From positions 150,034-214,033 of the forward strand of contig QPMI01000621.1 in NCBI GenBank assembly GCA_004431415.1: a stretch of 64,000 nucleotides of DNA. Reading direction: 5' to 3'. The position numbers and the translations under genes are program-made. Below are positions 25,101 to 37,640 of this stretch, in pieces; positions within the stretch are counted from its first letter, which is position 1, and every line of letters starts with the position of its first letter. The notes below the pieces were generated by a model that was not told the DNA's origin, did no database searches, and was given only the letters and a program-made list of their open reading frames with translations. Source of the DNA: Cyanophora paradoxa CCMP329. Its lineage: Eukaryota; Plantae; Glaucophyta.

Positions 25101-25493
25101 TGGCGTCAGGGGGCCTCCCCGGTCCCCGGCGGCAGCAACTCACTCGAAGAACTCCTCGAAGCGCTTCCGCAGCTTGGCGCTCAGCTCGTCGGCACCGTAC
25201 GGCTGCGCGCGGTTGTTCGCGAGCACGGAGCGGATACCCGCCGACGCGCGCGCACGTTCGAGCCGTCGTGTGCGTTCGCTGCCAACATAGCCTGCATGAT
25301 GCTATCGGTGACCCCCGACGCCTGCGGGGCCCGTTAGACGCGCGGACGGCCGCGGCCAACGATCTTCCGGGACTCACATTGTCTGCGGGGGAAGGGGGCG
25401 GCGGCGGACGCGAACGAAGACAAGAGCACGTCAGCAGACGCGCGAGGGACGCTGCTGGACGGCTGGCGGACCTGACATAAAGTTGTAAGGCAT
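22131..25493 (-). CDS. ltaE: Low-specificity L-threonine aldolase (PLP-dependent), many introns
   Basis: Spliced motifs [66 protein letters not shown] (PLP lysine), [16 protein letters not shown]. Confidence 0.92.
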
Positions 25494-26270
25494 CTTGCAG
25501 TCCTTCGGCTCAGGCGGGCGGTTTCTCGGGCGGTTGCTACTTGCGGACGCCGGTTGCAACGCTGCTTTTGAGTGCTCTGCTGCTGCTCTTCTGCTGCCGC
25601 GCGCCTCGTCTGCTGCTTGGCCTTTTGTCTCTGACGTCACGCAGGGCTACGTAGGAGATGATTCGAGTTGCGAACGCAGTAAACTCCTACCCCCTCCCTG
25701 CTGCGAGCCAGTGCGAGGCTAGCGCTGCAGCTCATGATCAGCGGCGCGGCTGTGTGCGAGCCAGTGTGAGCTCGAGCTCGAGCTCGAGGTGCCGCAGTGC
25801 GCGGCGCGCACGCTCCCTAGCTATAGCGCGGGCGGTGCACGTAATTAGCTAGCTAGCCGCTGAGCGCTGCTGTGCATTCAGCTGCGGCGTATTGCCGAGC
25901 ACGTCGTAGTACTAATTTCATCTAGCGCTCCGAGATGACAAGATGACTTTCCCCTTGTACACATCACGTTTTCACAAAAACGCTTGCGAACGGCCCCTAC
26001 TTCCTGCTGCGGTTGATACTACGATTCATACCTAGTGCCCCACGGGGGGCGGGCGCCGACGCGCGTCTGCGCGGCGCCGGCGCCACAAAATCCAGAGATA
26101 CATACGTCAAACTAGTGAGGGGGCCGCGGCCGCGCGGCGGCGCGCCGAGAGACGCGCCGCCGGGCCCGAGCCCGGCCCCGGAGGAGAAAGCCCAACTAAC
26201 TCTCTTTATCTTAAATTAGCGAAAAGCCGGTCCGAAAGGACAAGCCGTGCCGCGCCACGGGCCTCGGGGC

Positions 26271-29200
26271 CTAGCGGGCGAAGCCAGAGGAGCGGGAGGA
26301 GGAGGGGGCGAGGGGCCGGATGGAGGGGGAGGAGTTGAGGCGGGGCACGGGGAGGGGCGGGGGCGAGGGGATGTCTGCGGAGACCTGGCCCCGCGTGACG
26401 GCCGCGATGGCGTCGGCGATGGATGCGCCGAAGGCCTGCGCCGCCACCGAGGAGAGCCCGCCGGGGACCGGGGCAGAGGGGGCGCCCGGCTCGCTGCGGG
26501 AGGACTTGCCGCTCTTCGGGCTCCCCGCCTGCGACGAGGCCGCCGAGCGGGCCGAGGGCGTGCTCAGCGCCGACCCCGAGGTGCCCCGCAGCGACGACGA
26601 GGCCGGGCGGGCGCCGGCGCCGGAGGCGGAGCCCGTGGGGGGCCGGCCCAGCGAGGGGTTGGAGGCCGGGGCGGGCCCCGCGGCGGAGGAGAAGGAGGCC
26701 GAGGGGCTGCTCCCGCTGCTGAACTTCTTCTTCGAGAAGGACTGGAACGGCTGCTGCGAGGAGGCGGAGGGGGCCGAGGCGGCGGCGAGGCTCAGGCCGC
26801 CGCCCGCCCCCGACGCCCCGTGCTGCGGGTACTGGCCCTTGGCGCCCGTGCCCGTCGCCCCCGCGCCCGCCGCCGCGGCCGCCGCGGCGGCCGCCCCCGG
26901 CACTGCGATGTTCTTCCGCCCGTTCACGCACTGCGCGGCGGCGGCGGCGCGGCGTCAGAACGCGCCTACGCGGAGAAAAGAAAAGAGGGGGGTACACCTG
27001 CTTGGCCTGGCCGAGCTCGACGGCGCGGACGTGCGTGCCGAACTCCATGGAGCGGCGCACCTCCTCCGCGTTCTCCTCCTCGGGGTTCACGTGCAGGAAC
27101 ATAGCGACCTTCGCGTCCCCGCCTGCCCGAGATTCGATCCGGGATTTGATCTCGGATGGATTTGATCCGCGCACCGAGGGAGTCGGAGAGGAGCTCGGTG
27201 AGGCGGGAGCGGTGGAAGGGGACGGGGGGCGGGGCGACGGAGGTGCGCGCGGCGGCGAGGGCGTCGAAGCAGGCGGCGAGGGCGCCGAGCGAGGCGTTGA
27301 TGTGGTCCGCCTCCACGAGCTGCTGGCCCCGCGCGTGGCTCCGCGAGACCTCCTCCGAGCCGGCGAGGTCGATGAGGGAGAGCTTCCCCGCGTAGCGGTC
27401 CCCCGTCACGCGGTGCCGCCCCGAGACGTGCACGGTGAGGACCGTGTGCGAGCGCGACGAGTGATCGTTCAGCTCCGTCGCCGCCATCACGCGGAACACG
27501 TTGCCTGCGCGCATGGATCGAATCAGGTCGAGTCGGGGCGGGCGGAAGGCACGAGGGAGAGGTCGGATCAAATCGGCTCGAACCGATGGTCATGACGTTG
27601 ACGATGTCGTCGACGGTGTTGACGGCCATCGTGAAGGCGCCCGGTACGGTCACGGTGCCGTCCGGCAGCCGCTGGATCGTCAGCCGCTTCGGCGGCCCGC
27701 CGTCCGTGTCCGCCAGCAGGTCCCTCACCTGAGGCGAAGAAAAAGAAGGGGACGTTAGAGAGAAAGAAAGAGAGAGAGAGAAAGAAGGGAAGGCGCGCCT
27801 CGTCGCAGTAGATCTCGACCATGGAGACGGTCATCTCGTACTGGTAGTCGATCTTGCGCTCCGCCTCGATCGTCTTGACCAGCTCCGTGAGCGAGCGGAA
27901 GTTGACGCCGCGGTTCTCGACGGGCCCGACCATCGTGTACGTCTTGCCCGAGCCCGTGCACCCGTACGCGAAGACGCAGACGTTGTACCCGTCCAGCACG
28001 GACGTGATCAGCGGCTGCATGTCCTCGAAGATCGTCTGCTGCAGCGTCTCCGGCCCAAAGACCCGGTCGAACTCGTAGCTCGCCATCTGCGGGCGGAGCG
28101 CTTCCGTCTCAGCCGCCACTCTCAGAGGAAGATTCGATTCGGATCAGATTCGTCGCGCCTTCCCGTTGCCCAGCGCGAGGCTGAGCTCGGCCTCGTCGCA
28201 GACGCTGACGCAGCTCTTCGCCTGCAGCCGGACCATCTCAGAAGGGGGCGGCAAAGAAGGCGGAGGGGAGGGGTGGGGGGGGAGGCGGGGTGGGGGGGGG
28301 GGGATGGATCAGCCGTACCCCGGAGAAAGTCGGCCGCACGCGCGTGTAGACGCGGACGTTGCCTGAGGAAGGGCAAAGGGGACGGGGGATCGGTCGCCCG
28401 CGGGGGGCCCAGATCTGCACACCCCCAAAGGAAAGAAGCGCGTACCCCGCAGCTCCTGAAGCTTGTTGTAAAGCTTGCGGCGCTCCGTCATCTCCCTCCG
28501 GAGTCTGTGGGTACCCGAGTGCGTGAGCCGGGGTACGTCCGCGTGCAGGGGGCGGGGGTACGGCACACCGCTGGACAGTGGCCTCGCGCTCGGCCTGCTC
28601 CTTCTCCAGGCTCGTCGCCAGGCGGTCGACCTGCGCGGGACGTCGTACCCCATTCTCTCGCCCCGCGCCCCGCTTCGTTCGCACCTCGCCGCGGAGCTCG
28701 GAGGCCATGGCGTCGCGCTCCTGCTGGAGGGCGGCGGCGTGCCGCCGGACGGCGTCGGCCGCCTTCATGCGCGCCTGCTCGAGCTCCCGCGCGAAGTTCG
28801 CCGAGAGCTCCGCCACCGACCGCTCCAGCTTCGCCCGCTCCGCCGAGAGCGCCTGTACCCCGGAGGCGTCAAGGGGGAGGGGGGGGGGAAGCGCCGGGCC
28901 GGGCCGGGCGGAGTCGGGCCGGGCCGACCTTGGCGGCGGCGCTGGTCATGATGAGCCCGCGGCCGAGCTTGGCGTGCTTGCGCTTCCACTCCTCGACCTG
29001 CGCGGGGTGTCGGCGTCAGGCCGGACTTCGGGAGGGGGAGGAAGGAAGAAGGGAAAGGAAGGAAAGGGAAGGGAAGCTCGAGGGGGGCGGCGGGCCTGGC
29101 TCATGAGCTGCATGTTCTGCTCGTGGGCGCGGTTCTGGGCGCCCTTCGCGTCCTGCTGAGCGTGCGCCACACGCGTCTCGAGCTCCCGGGACCGGCTCTG

Positions 29201-29858
29201 CGGAGGCGGAGGCGCCGGCGCCGTGAGCGCCAGGCGCAGCAGAGGTGCGGGGGGGGCGGACCTGCTCGTTGCGGAGCTCGTTGAGCGCGGAGGCGACCTT
29301 CTCGGTGAGCACGACGCATTCCCGCTTGTACTCCTCCACCTGCTGCGCCGCCTGCCGGTTCTGCTCGTAGAGCTTCCGCTGCCCGTCCGTCATATCCTCC
29401 GAGAGGCGCGCCACGCGGGCTTCGAGCTCCCTGGATCGGGACTGCGCGGGCGAAAGGACCGCGTGGCGGGCGGGGAGTCAGCGCGCCGGGCGCCAACCGC
29501 CGCTGGGGCTGCCGCGTGGCGGACCTGCTCCGAGGCATTGTCGCGCTCGGCTGCCATCAGCTTCCGGCGTAGATCATCCAGCTCCCGCTCCATATCCTCG
29601 ACTTTCTCGTTCAAGGCCTCCTCGTTCCGGATCGACAGCTTGAGGGCGTCGTTCGCAATTGTGAGGTTGTGGTTCGACCTCCGCAGGGCCATGCTAAGCG
29701 ACGCCACGTATTCTGGCAGAGGAAGAAGCTGAAAGAAAGGTCAGAAGGGCCGCCCCCCGCTCGCGCGCTGCGCCCTCGCGTACATCTCGCTCTTGCGGGT
29801 CCGCCAGGGCGAAGAGCGGGCTGCCGGGGACCTCCATGCTCCTTTGAGTGTCTACCAT
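26271..29858 (-). CDS. Kinesin-14 family motor (coiled coil followed by motor domain); 5' end approximate
   Basis: Neck ERRKLYNKLQELRGNVRVYTRVRP; FDRVF; LDGYNVCVFAYGCTGSGKTYTM; EIYCDEVRDLL; NDHSSRSH; LIDLAGSEE; SRLTELLSDSLG. Confidence 0.92.
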
Positions 29859-30196
29859 AGCTGTTCTGAACACGCCTCCCTTCAGGCCGAGCTGCGCCCC
29901 TCCTCGCTAGCTCTGTAGCTCCCACGCTCCTCTTCGGCCGTTATCGCTCCGAGTGCGCAGAAGGGCTTTTCGGCGGCACTACAAGCCGAGAATGCGAGTT
30001 TCGCGGGCTCGTGCGGGCTCCGCGAGGACTGCTTTTGAGACGTTGCGCCGATGTAGGCTGTACCCCGTTGCGGCCTCGTTCCGCGATTGGCTCGATCTGT
30101 CAGGTTAGAGCGATCGGGTCCCGCAGGCCGCCGCGCGCTCCCTTGCTAGCTCGCTCAGCTGCACACGCATACCGGTAGAAGAGTCGTTCCGACAGC

Positions 30197-32130
30197 ATGG
30201 AAGCCGGCTTCGCGGCGCAAGCGCTTCGACCACACGTCAGCTTCGCTCCGGCCCCACTTGCTCCCGATGCCCGCACGTACTGCGACGCTTCCTCGCGCCT
30301 CGGTTGGTTCCGTGGCGCGCCCTGCACTCCTGCAGGCGTTCAGGGCGCGCGGCGTGCGCCATTTGTGCGTGGGGCGCGGACGTTCGCCGCACGCCGCACC
30401 GCTCGACAGTTCCACATCGGAGGCGTCCTCTCGGCAACTGTTCCTCGGGCGAGCGCTCCCGAGCCTCGCCCTAAGCGGCGCTCCTCCGCGCTTCTCCTTT
30501 CCAGCGTGCTTGCCGCTGTGAAGAGCGTGCCGTGGCGCCGTCTCGCGCCGGTGCCCGTCATCGTCGCCATCGCGTACATCCTCGCCTCCCGCCGCGCAGC
30601 GAGTGCGCAGGCATCCCCTTTCTCGCTTACATTCGCTTCTCTCTCGTGCGGATTCATCGATACTCTAGCAGGCGCAGAGCCCCGCATGGTCCTCGTGCTC
30701 CGCGACGGGCTCGAAGTCGACGTGGCGTCGGGCTGCCTGGACCTGGATCTCGAGCCCTGCCAGCCCTCCGCGCTCGCCGCCCTGGCGCAGATCGCTCCCC
30801 TCGTTTGCTTCGGTAATCGCCTCATCGTTGTCGTTCCCTCGCTCCTGACCGGCGCGCCTCCGGATCCGCAGCTCTGATGCTCGTCGGGGTGGCCTGGCTC
30901 TTCCTGCGGCGGCGTACGCGGCCGGAGGAAAGCGCAGCGACAGCTGCCCAGGCCGAGCCACGAGGCGCCGTCACTGCGGCGGAGGCCCTGCGCGTGCGTG
31001 TCGCCACAACCCTCAATCTTCGAACGCCTTCGGCCCCCTCACCGCCTCTGACGCCCGCCGCCGCAGGAGCTGCAGCGGCTGCGGCACGCGCGCGGCCACA
31101 CCGGCGGCCTGTGCGCCCTCTGCTTTGAGCGCGTCGCGCGGCCCTCCGACGGCACCCTCTTCTGCGGACACAAGTGCGGGCCCTGAAGCATCACCCCCCT
31201 CCTCTCCCGCCCGCAACGTCCGCTGATGGCTACCGCAGCTTCCACCGCGCCTGCCTCGAGGAGCGGGGACTCGGGGGCGCCGCGGACCCCTGCCCCGCCT
31301 GCGGTGCCCCCGCCCCTTCAACCTCGCCCTCCAGAATCCGTCTGACGCGCCGGCACGCGCCGCGCAGGCGGCGCCGAAGAGGGCGAGAACGTGAGCGGCG
31401 CGTACCTCCGCCGCTCGCTCCGCGTGATTCGGGCGCGCCCCAGCCCTCGCCCCCTCGTCCCCGCCCGCCCGCCCGCCCTCCCTCCCACTCTGAGCCCGGG
31501 CGGGCGGGCGGGCAGGCGCGGCACGGGGAGGTGGGCGACGCGGCGGAGGCGGCGTTCCTGGCGGCTGACTCGCCAGCCCTCTACGAGCCCCACTTGGACC
31601 TACTCGTACCCCCCTCGGCCCCGGTGCAGGAGCTCGCCGGGCCGGCGCCGCCGGAGTCGCCGCTGCTGGAGGACCGGGGCCCGTGTTCCGGCATCTGTGG
31701 GGATGTGGCGGGATTGGCGCTCACCGTCACCTCGTACGCTCTCGTGGCGTGGGCCGTGCGCGCCTTCGCGGGCTGTCCCGCCGGTGACATTGCCCTCGCC
31801 GTCGCCCCGGCCCTCGGCTTCGCGTCGGTCGCCGCCCTCCTCCTCGCCCGCCCGCGGCAGGCCTCCCGCGCCTCCCGCGTCGCCCGCGGCCTCCTCCTCA
31901 CCCTCGTGCTCGCCACCTCGCCCCACGCGCCCGCCAAGGCCGGCCGCCTCTCCTCCGCCCTGTTCGCGGCCCTCCGCGTCTTCGTCCTATCCGCCCTCCT
32001 CCACGTCGCCGCAGGCGGCCTGCGGACGCGGCCGAGGCCGCCGCCGCCGCCGCCGCGCGCCGGCCGGGACGCAGGCGCCCCGTCCCCGTCCCCGTCCTCG
32101 GGGCCAGAGTCGAGGAAGAAGCCCGAGTGA
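30197..32130 (+). CDS. Membrane-associated RING-H2 finger protein (multi-exon)
   Basis: CALCFE...LFCGHK|FHRACL...CPACG RING-H2 pattern after splicing; hydrophobic segments before and after. Confidence 0.7.
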
Positions 32131-32980
32131 CGCCCGTTCTCGGGGACCGGTCTCCCGGTCCTCCGGTACCCCGGGCGCCGGCCCCGCCCGTTCCGGCCCG
32201 CCCCTCTCCAGAGCTGTAATTAGATCTGCGCGCGCGCGCGCCCGGCCCCGCGGCCGGCGCCGCTCCAGTCCGGTCGGCCCTCAAGCGCCTGCAGCCCCCC
32301 AGGGGCAGCTGCAGCGGCGCCGACCCTGCCAGCCGCAGCTGCATGCCGGCCTCGCGCTCGGACCCTAGCCTGGACCGCCCCTCCGGTCGATCCCGCCTTC
32401 GAATTCGAAATAATAATTCCCCGGCCTCGAGGCCCGAAACCTGGCGCCGCCGGGGGGCGCGGGCCGGCGCCGGCCCTTGGCTGCAGTGACGAATTTCGCT
32501 CGAGCTCTTGAATTAGCGGCTATGCCCACGATGCGTGTGCCGCGCCCGGGCCTCCGCCAGCGCCGCAGTACTTGTGCAATCCGATGATCAATTTGCAAGG
32601 GGGATACCGATCATCCGATGCCGCGGATCCAGTACTTCAGCTTAAGCTTAGTACTTAGTAGCTGCGGAGCTTAAGCGGGATCCGGGGACCGGGATCCGGA
32701 ATTCGAACTCGGTCCGGAGTCCGGAGTCCGGATCCGGATGAACCTGATCGGATCGACCATTCATGATTTCCGCATGTGCATGCGCGTGCGCATCGTCGAC
32801 GGGCCGCGAGCTCCTAGTAAGCCTCCTACTAGTCTCCTAGGACGTTTCATCGGTTCCGCTGACGGCCGTTACGTGCGCTTAAGGGGCGTCGACCGTACGC
32901 GTCGGACGGCGACGTCGACTCGACCGGGTACCGTACGCGTCGAGGCCCCGAGCCTGGGCCCGAGGGAGTCGAGGCCTATA

Positions 32981-33817
32981 CCGTGTAACACAAAAATATG
33001 GCTGATCATGACAGATTTATGTCGTTATAAAACTTGGCCCTTCTCTTGGTGCTGGAGTAGACTAGAGGCTGTGGCCGGTAATTCACCACAAAATTCTCTT
33101 GGTGAAATATGACGCTCTGTGTCTTTCCTTTTTTATTGTCGATTTTGGCTCTTTGTCTTATCTTTCTTCGTGCTCTTGTCTTAGTTATTTTGCTTTTTTG
33201 TCTCTATGCCCCCTGGGCAGCCCCCGCAGTGCTGGTGTCTAGAGACTGTGGCCGGTAATTCACCAAAAAACAAAATGACGGTCCCAAATTATGTCGTCAT
33301 GAAAATTTCAGGCTTATATGGGGCGGTTAATTGTATGGGGCGACTCACTGTACCCGTTTTATGACGGTCCCAAATTATGTCGTTAGATCATGTCCGAACC
33401 GACATAATTTGGTACCGACATAGTAAAGTGCCCGTCATACTGTAGGAATGCTTAAATTGCCGCGTAGTTAAATTGCCGAATTCGACCAAAACTGGAATTG
33501 CCGTGGCGATAAATTGCGGGCTAGGAAAGTACCTACCCCACAAGCGCAGTGGTATAAGGTCGTGCTACGACCTCCCGGATTCCCGGGTTCGGTTCCTGCT
33601 GTTTCCGCTACGTTGTACTTCGAATCCCTGTGATTCCCGATACCGTGACTTGTATCCTCGTTGTGTACTACGAGTGGGCACGCCCACCGTAGATCTTTAA
33701 AAAAAAAAACAAGCAATTGCCGTAATGCTAAATTGCCGAATTCGGCCTCTCGGCAATTTACGGCAATTCAAAACATCGGCTAAAAAAGCATTCCTACAGT
33801 ATTATTGTGTTATACGG
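32981..33817. mobile_element. Non-autonomous TIR element (MITE, Tc1/mariner-like), TA target duplication
   Basis: TA|CCGTGTAACACAA...TTGTGTTATACGG|TA; AT-rich, no convincing ORF; internal repeats ATGACGGTCCCAAATTATGTCGT x2 and CTGTGGCCGGTAATTCACCA x2. Confidence 0.8.
33440..33799. mobile_element. 360-bp MITE nested in the right TIR of the element above, TA target duplication
   Basis: TA|CTGTAGGAATGCTT...AAGCATTCCTACAG|TA, a perfect 14-bp TIR; subterminal AATTGCCG/CGGCAATT repeats. Confidence 0.85.
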
Positions 33818-34089
33818 TAGCTAGGCTCGCCGCGACTCGGCGAGTCGAGCAGGTGCATCACCGTGCATGCGCATGCTCGCCGACTCGACGCCGAGTCGAG
33901 CAGGCCGCGCGCCGGGCGCACACGCCGCGCGTACCGTAGTACGTACGTACGTCTACCGTAGTACGTCTGCAGAGATCTAGAGCAAAGACAGCTTTCAGTT
34001 TAATTTGAGGCGCTGCGGAAGCATCGCGCATCGGGAGCTCGAGCAGATCCTGCAGCACATTTAAGTTTCAATTGCAAGCTTTGAAAAGA

Positions 34090-36950
34090 ATGGGCGTCGG
34101 GTCGTCGGTCAGCAGCTGGGGGAGCGCCGAGGCGTGCTCGGCGGCGGTCACCGGGACGGCCCTCTCCAACCTCGCTCTGGACCGCAAGGCCGAGCTCCAG
34201 GACTACCTCGACGTCTGCTCGGCGCCCGGGGCCACGCACTTCTCCTCCGTGAAAACGAAGCTCAGCGGCACGACGAAGGCCTGCGAGCCATGGCGCGCCC
34301 GCCCGCCGACGCCGCCCCGTCGACGTCGACGCCGACGCCCTTCGATTCTTTGCTGACTCGTGGTCATCGATATATATATCGCGCGCGCAGCAAGGCGCTG
34401 TCGAAGGTCCAGACGTACAGCGCCCCCGACTGCGCTTCCAGCGGGCCGGCGCTCTACTCGAAGGTCTTCGAGGGGGAGCTCACGAACCAGGCCCTCGCGG
34501 ACTCGTGCGGCGCCTCGGGCGCGGCGTACTACGCGTCGACCAAGGGCACGAACGGGGGCTCGGAGGTCACCTGCACAAAGTGGTGCGCCCGGCCAGCGCG
34601 CTCGCTCGCATAAAATTACAAATCTAAATGGATCCGAATTCGAAGTCTTCAGCTGAATATTTAATGTGCATCCACGTGCACGCGCGCGCAGCCCGGCGGT
34701 GACGGCGGTCTACTCGTACTCGAGCGCGGCGGCGTCGTGGAAGCCGGCCGTCTGCTCGCCGACGTCCGTGGCCGCCGTCAAGTACCACTACGGGGCCCTC
34801 CCCGCCGGGTCCCCCGAGCTCTCCGCCGACGTCGCCTGCGACCCCGAGGACTCGCACGCCTTCGCCGCCAAGGGGCTCAACGGCGGCACCTCCACCGCCT
34901 GCGCCCACTGGTCCGCCCGCTCCCCCCCCCCCCCCCCCCCCTCCCCTAAGCCTGAGACGCGGCACGCGCGCGCAGCCCGGCGCGCAGCATCGTGACGGCG
35001 TACCCCTGGGACAACTGCGAGGCCGCCGGCGCGGCGTACACCGCCGCGCGGGCCGAGAAGCAGGCCGGCGTGGACAAGCTCATGAGCAAGGGGCCGGAGC
35101 CGCTGCTGCTCGAGGACGTGGAGGTCCTCCAGAACGCGCAGCTCGCCGTGGACGCCCTCACGCGCGAGTTCGGCGCCCAGGCGCGGCAGCTCGACGACTT
35201 CAAAGACCCCGTGCGCATTATTATATATATGCTAAAAATTATATATCGATTCATATTAATGCTGAGCTTGGCCCTATGTACGTATACGTATGTATATCGC
35301 TGATCGCGGCGGACTCGCCGCGCCGCAGTGGTTGAACCTGCAGGGGGTTCTGTCCGCCGGCAGGCTGACGGAGGGGGAGGGGAAGGAGCTGGTGCGGCTC
35401 GCTTCGGACCTGGCGGACGAGACGGACGGGAGCGCGCGGGTGAGCAGCTTCGACGGGACGGGCTGGGCGGAGCAGGCGGCGGCCATGGAGGCCGCCTGCC
35501 AGAACCTCTACACGGAGTTCCAGGGCTGGTGGGGCGGCCAGACGGGCCTCCTCTCCGCCGCCCGCTACCAGTCCTTCCCCTTCAAGAGCGTCTCCGTCTC
35601 CAAGGGGACCTGGTGCGGTACCCGTCCCACACGCGCCCCCCCCCCTCCCCCCTTCCCCCCCCCAACCCGCCCCCGCCCCTCTTTCTCCCCCCACTCCCGG
35701 CCCCCTCCCCTCCCGCGCGTTCTCCTCCCGCCCCCTTCACCATCCTCTACCAGCCCCCCTTCCCCCCCCCCCCCCCCCCCCCCCCGGCTCTTCATCATCC
35801 TCTCCCAGCCTCCCACGCCGCCCGCCCCCGACCCCGGTCCCCCACCCTTTCACCTCCCCTTCCCCGACCCTTCCCCGCCCTTCCTCCTCCTCCTCCTCCT
35901 CCTCCTCCTTCCTCCCTCCCTGCCCCCCCCCCCCCCCCCCCCCCAACCCTTATTAAGTTATTCAGACTCCCTAACTCTGGCCCCGCCCCTTTCCGGACTT
36001 TCCGGAGTCCCCCGTCCCCACGCCGGCGCCCTGCACCGACGTCATATGCTTGCTGGGCCATGACCACTGCCACCGCAGGCTTGGCAAGGAAGCTGCGTGC
36101 ACGCCCTGGTGCGGATGCGCCCCTCGCCCCACCCCACCCACCCCCACCACCCACCCCACCACCCACCCTCACCCCACCCCCACGTTGATGTTGATATTAT
36201 TCGGGGCGCCACGTGCACAGCCGCTGGAACAAGACCATTTACGAGTGCTACAAGGACTCGTCGTGCGGCACCAAGCTCTCGGAGTCCGATGCGCACAGCG
36301 GGTCCGCCCTATATATATATATATATAACATAGCTAGGCCTCGGGCCCCGCCTCGCCCGCCTCGCGATATGGATCGCCCTGATGGCCGCCGGCGCCCTCA
36401 GCTGTGAGAGCCTCACAGCCGACGGCTCCAGGGCCTACTACGTAGTCGTACGCGCCCGGCCCCCGCATGCGCACTAGTACTCGCGCACGCCTTTCGATTG
36501 GGCCAAGGCCGACGGGAGGGGCACGCGGGCAGCGCACGGAGAACTGCACGGCGTGGGGCGGCTGCGCGCAGGCGTCGCGCTCGCAGTGCTTCTCCTGGAA
36601 CAAGCGGGACCACCTCGACAGCGATACGCAGGCAAGGCCGCGCGCGGCGCCATTCATATACGCAGCCGATATCGATGCCTCCGCGGCGCGCGCAGGAGAC
36701 CGAGGAGGAGGAGGAGGAGGGGTGGGGGGCGGAGGTCGAGGGGGACCTGGAGGGGGTGGGCCTCGCCGCCGACAATCGCACCAATGATCGAGACGAGCTC
36801 CCTGGGGCTGCAACGGCCCACGCCACGGCCCGCGCCACGGCCCTCCCAGCGCCTTGCTCGCGCTCGCCGCCTGCGCCCAGGTGCGCATGCCCCGCGCCCC
36901 GCGGCCGGCCGCGGGCTCGGCGGCTTCTGCGACGGCCGCGGGCCTTCTGA
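34090..36950 (+). CDS. Cys-rich hypothetical protein (multi-exon); ends uncertain
   Basis: Series of codon-biased exons with CAG/GTGCG boundaries (KAELQDYLDVCS, VKYHYGALP, TAYPWDNCE, WNKTIYECYKDSSCG, CFSWNKRDH). Confidence 0.55.
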
Positions 36951-37640
36951 TCGAGTGCCTTCTCCCGTCGCGGCCCCCCGCCGGCCGGCTCGCAGACTGC
37001 GGATCCGGAGCTGATGGAGGATTCGATCGCGATGTAAGACTCAATTCTTTTGGCCTAGCACTAGTACTACGGAATTCGAATACCGTAGTACCGCAGTAGT
37101 ACGTATACGTATACGTAGAATCGCGACTGGAAAAATACAATGTACAGAACTAGTACGTATACGTATACTAGCCTAGTAGTACTCGAGCCTCGGAGATCTA
37201 TATATAGCTAGATCTAGATCTTCAGGGCTTCCGCTCATGATCAGCGGCTTTAGCAAGACTGGAATTTGCATCGCGATCATCGGATCGCCGGGAAGTGATC
37301 GTGAAGCACAAATCAAATTAGACTCTGCATGAGAGCCAGCGCTAACCGCTGATCAAGCCTGGTCACGGGTTGATCCCCCCCCCTTCCCTGCAGCTTTAAT
37401 TTAATTCTCCGTTTCCCGGCCCCGGCCCCTCCTTTAATTTCCTGTTCCATTTGCTTCGAGCGCTCAGAATCTCTCCACTTCTTCAATGATTTATAATTAC
37501 ATTTATACGTATGGACATCATGCTCACCATGGCATGCGCGAGCCTAATAGGCGATGCGCCCTACTACATCTTTACATGCGCCGCGGTACGGCTACAAATG
37601 GTTCAGATCTAGAGGTTCAAGTTCAAGATCGTGATCGTGA

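Noticed and set aside
35613-36220. Poly-Pro ORFs in the C-rich tract
   Set aside because: Low-complexity intron bounded by GTGCGG and CACAG; homopolymer lengths are unreliable.
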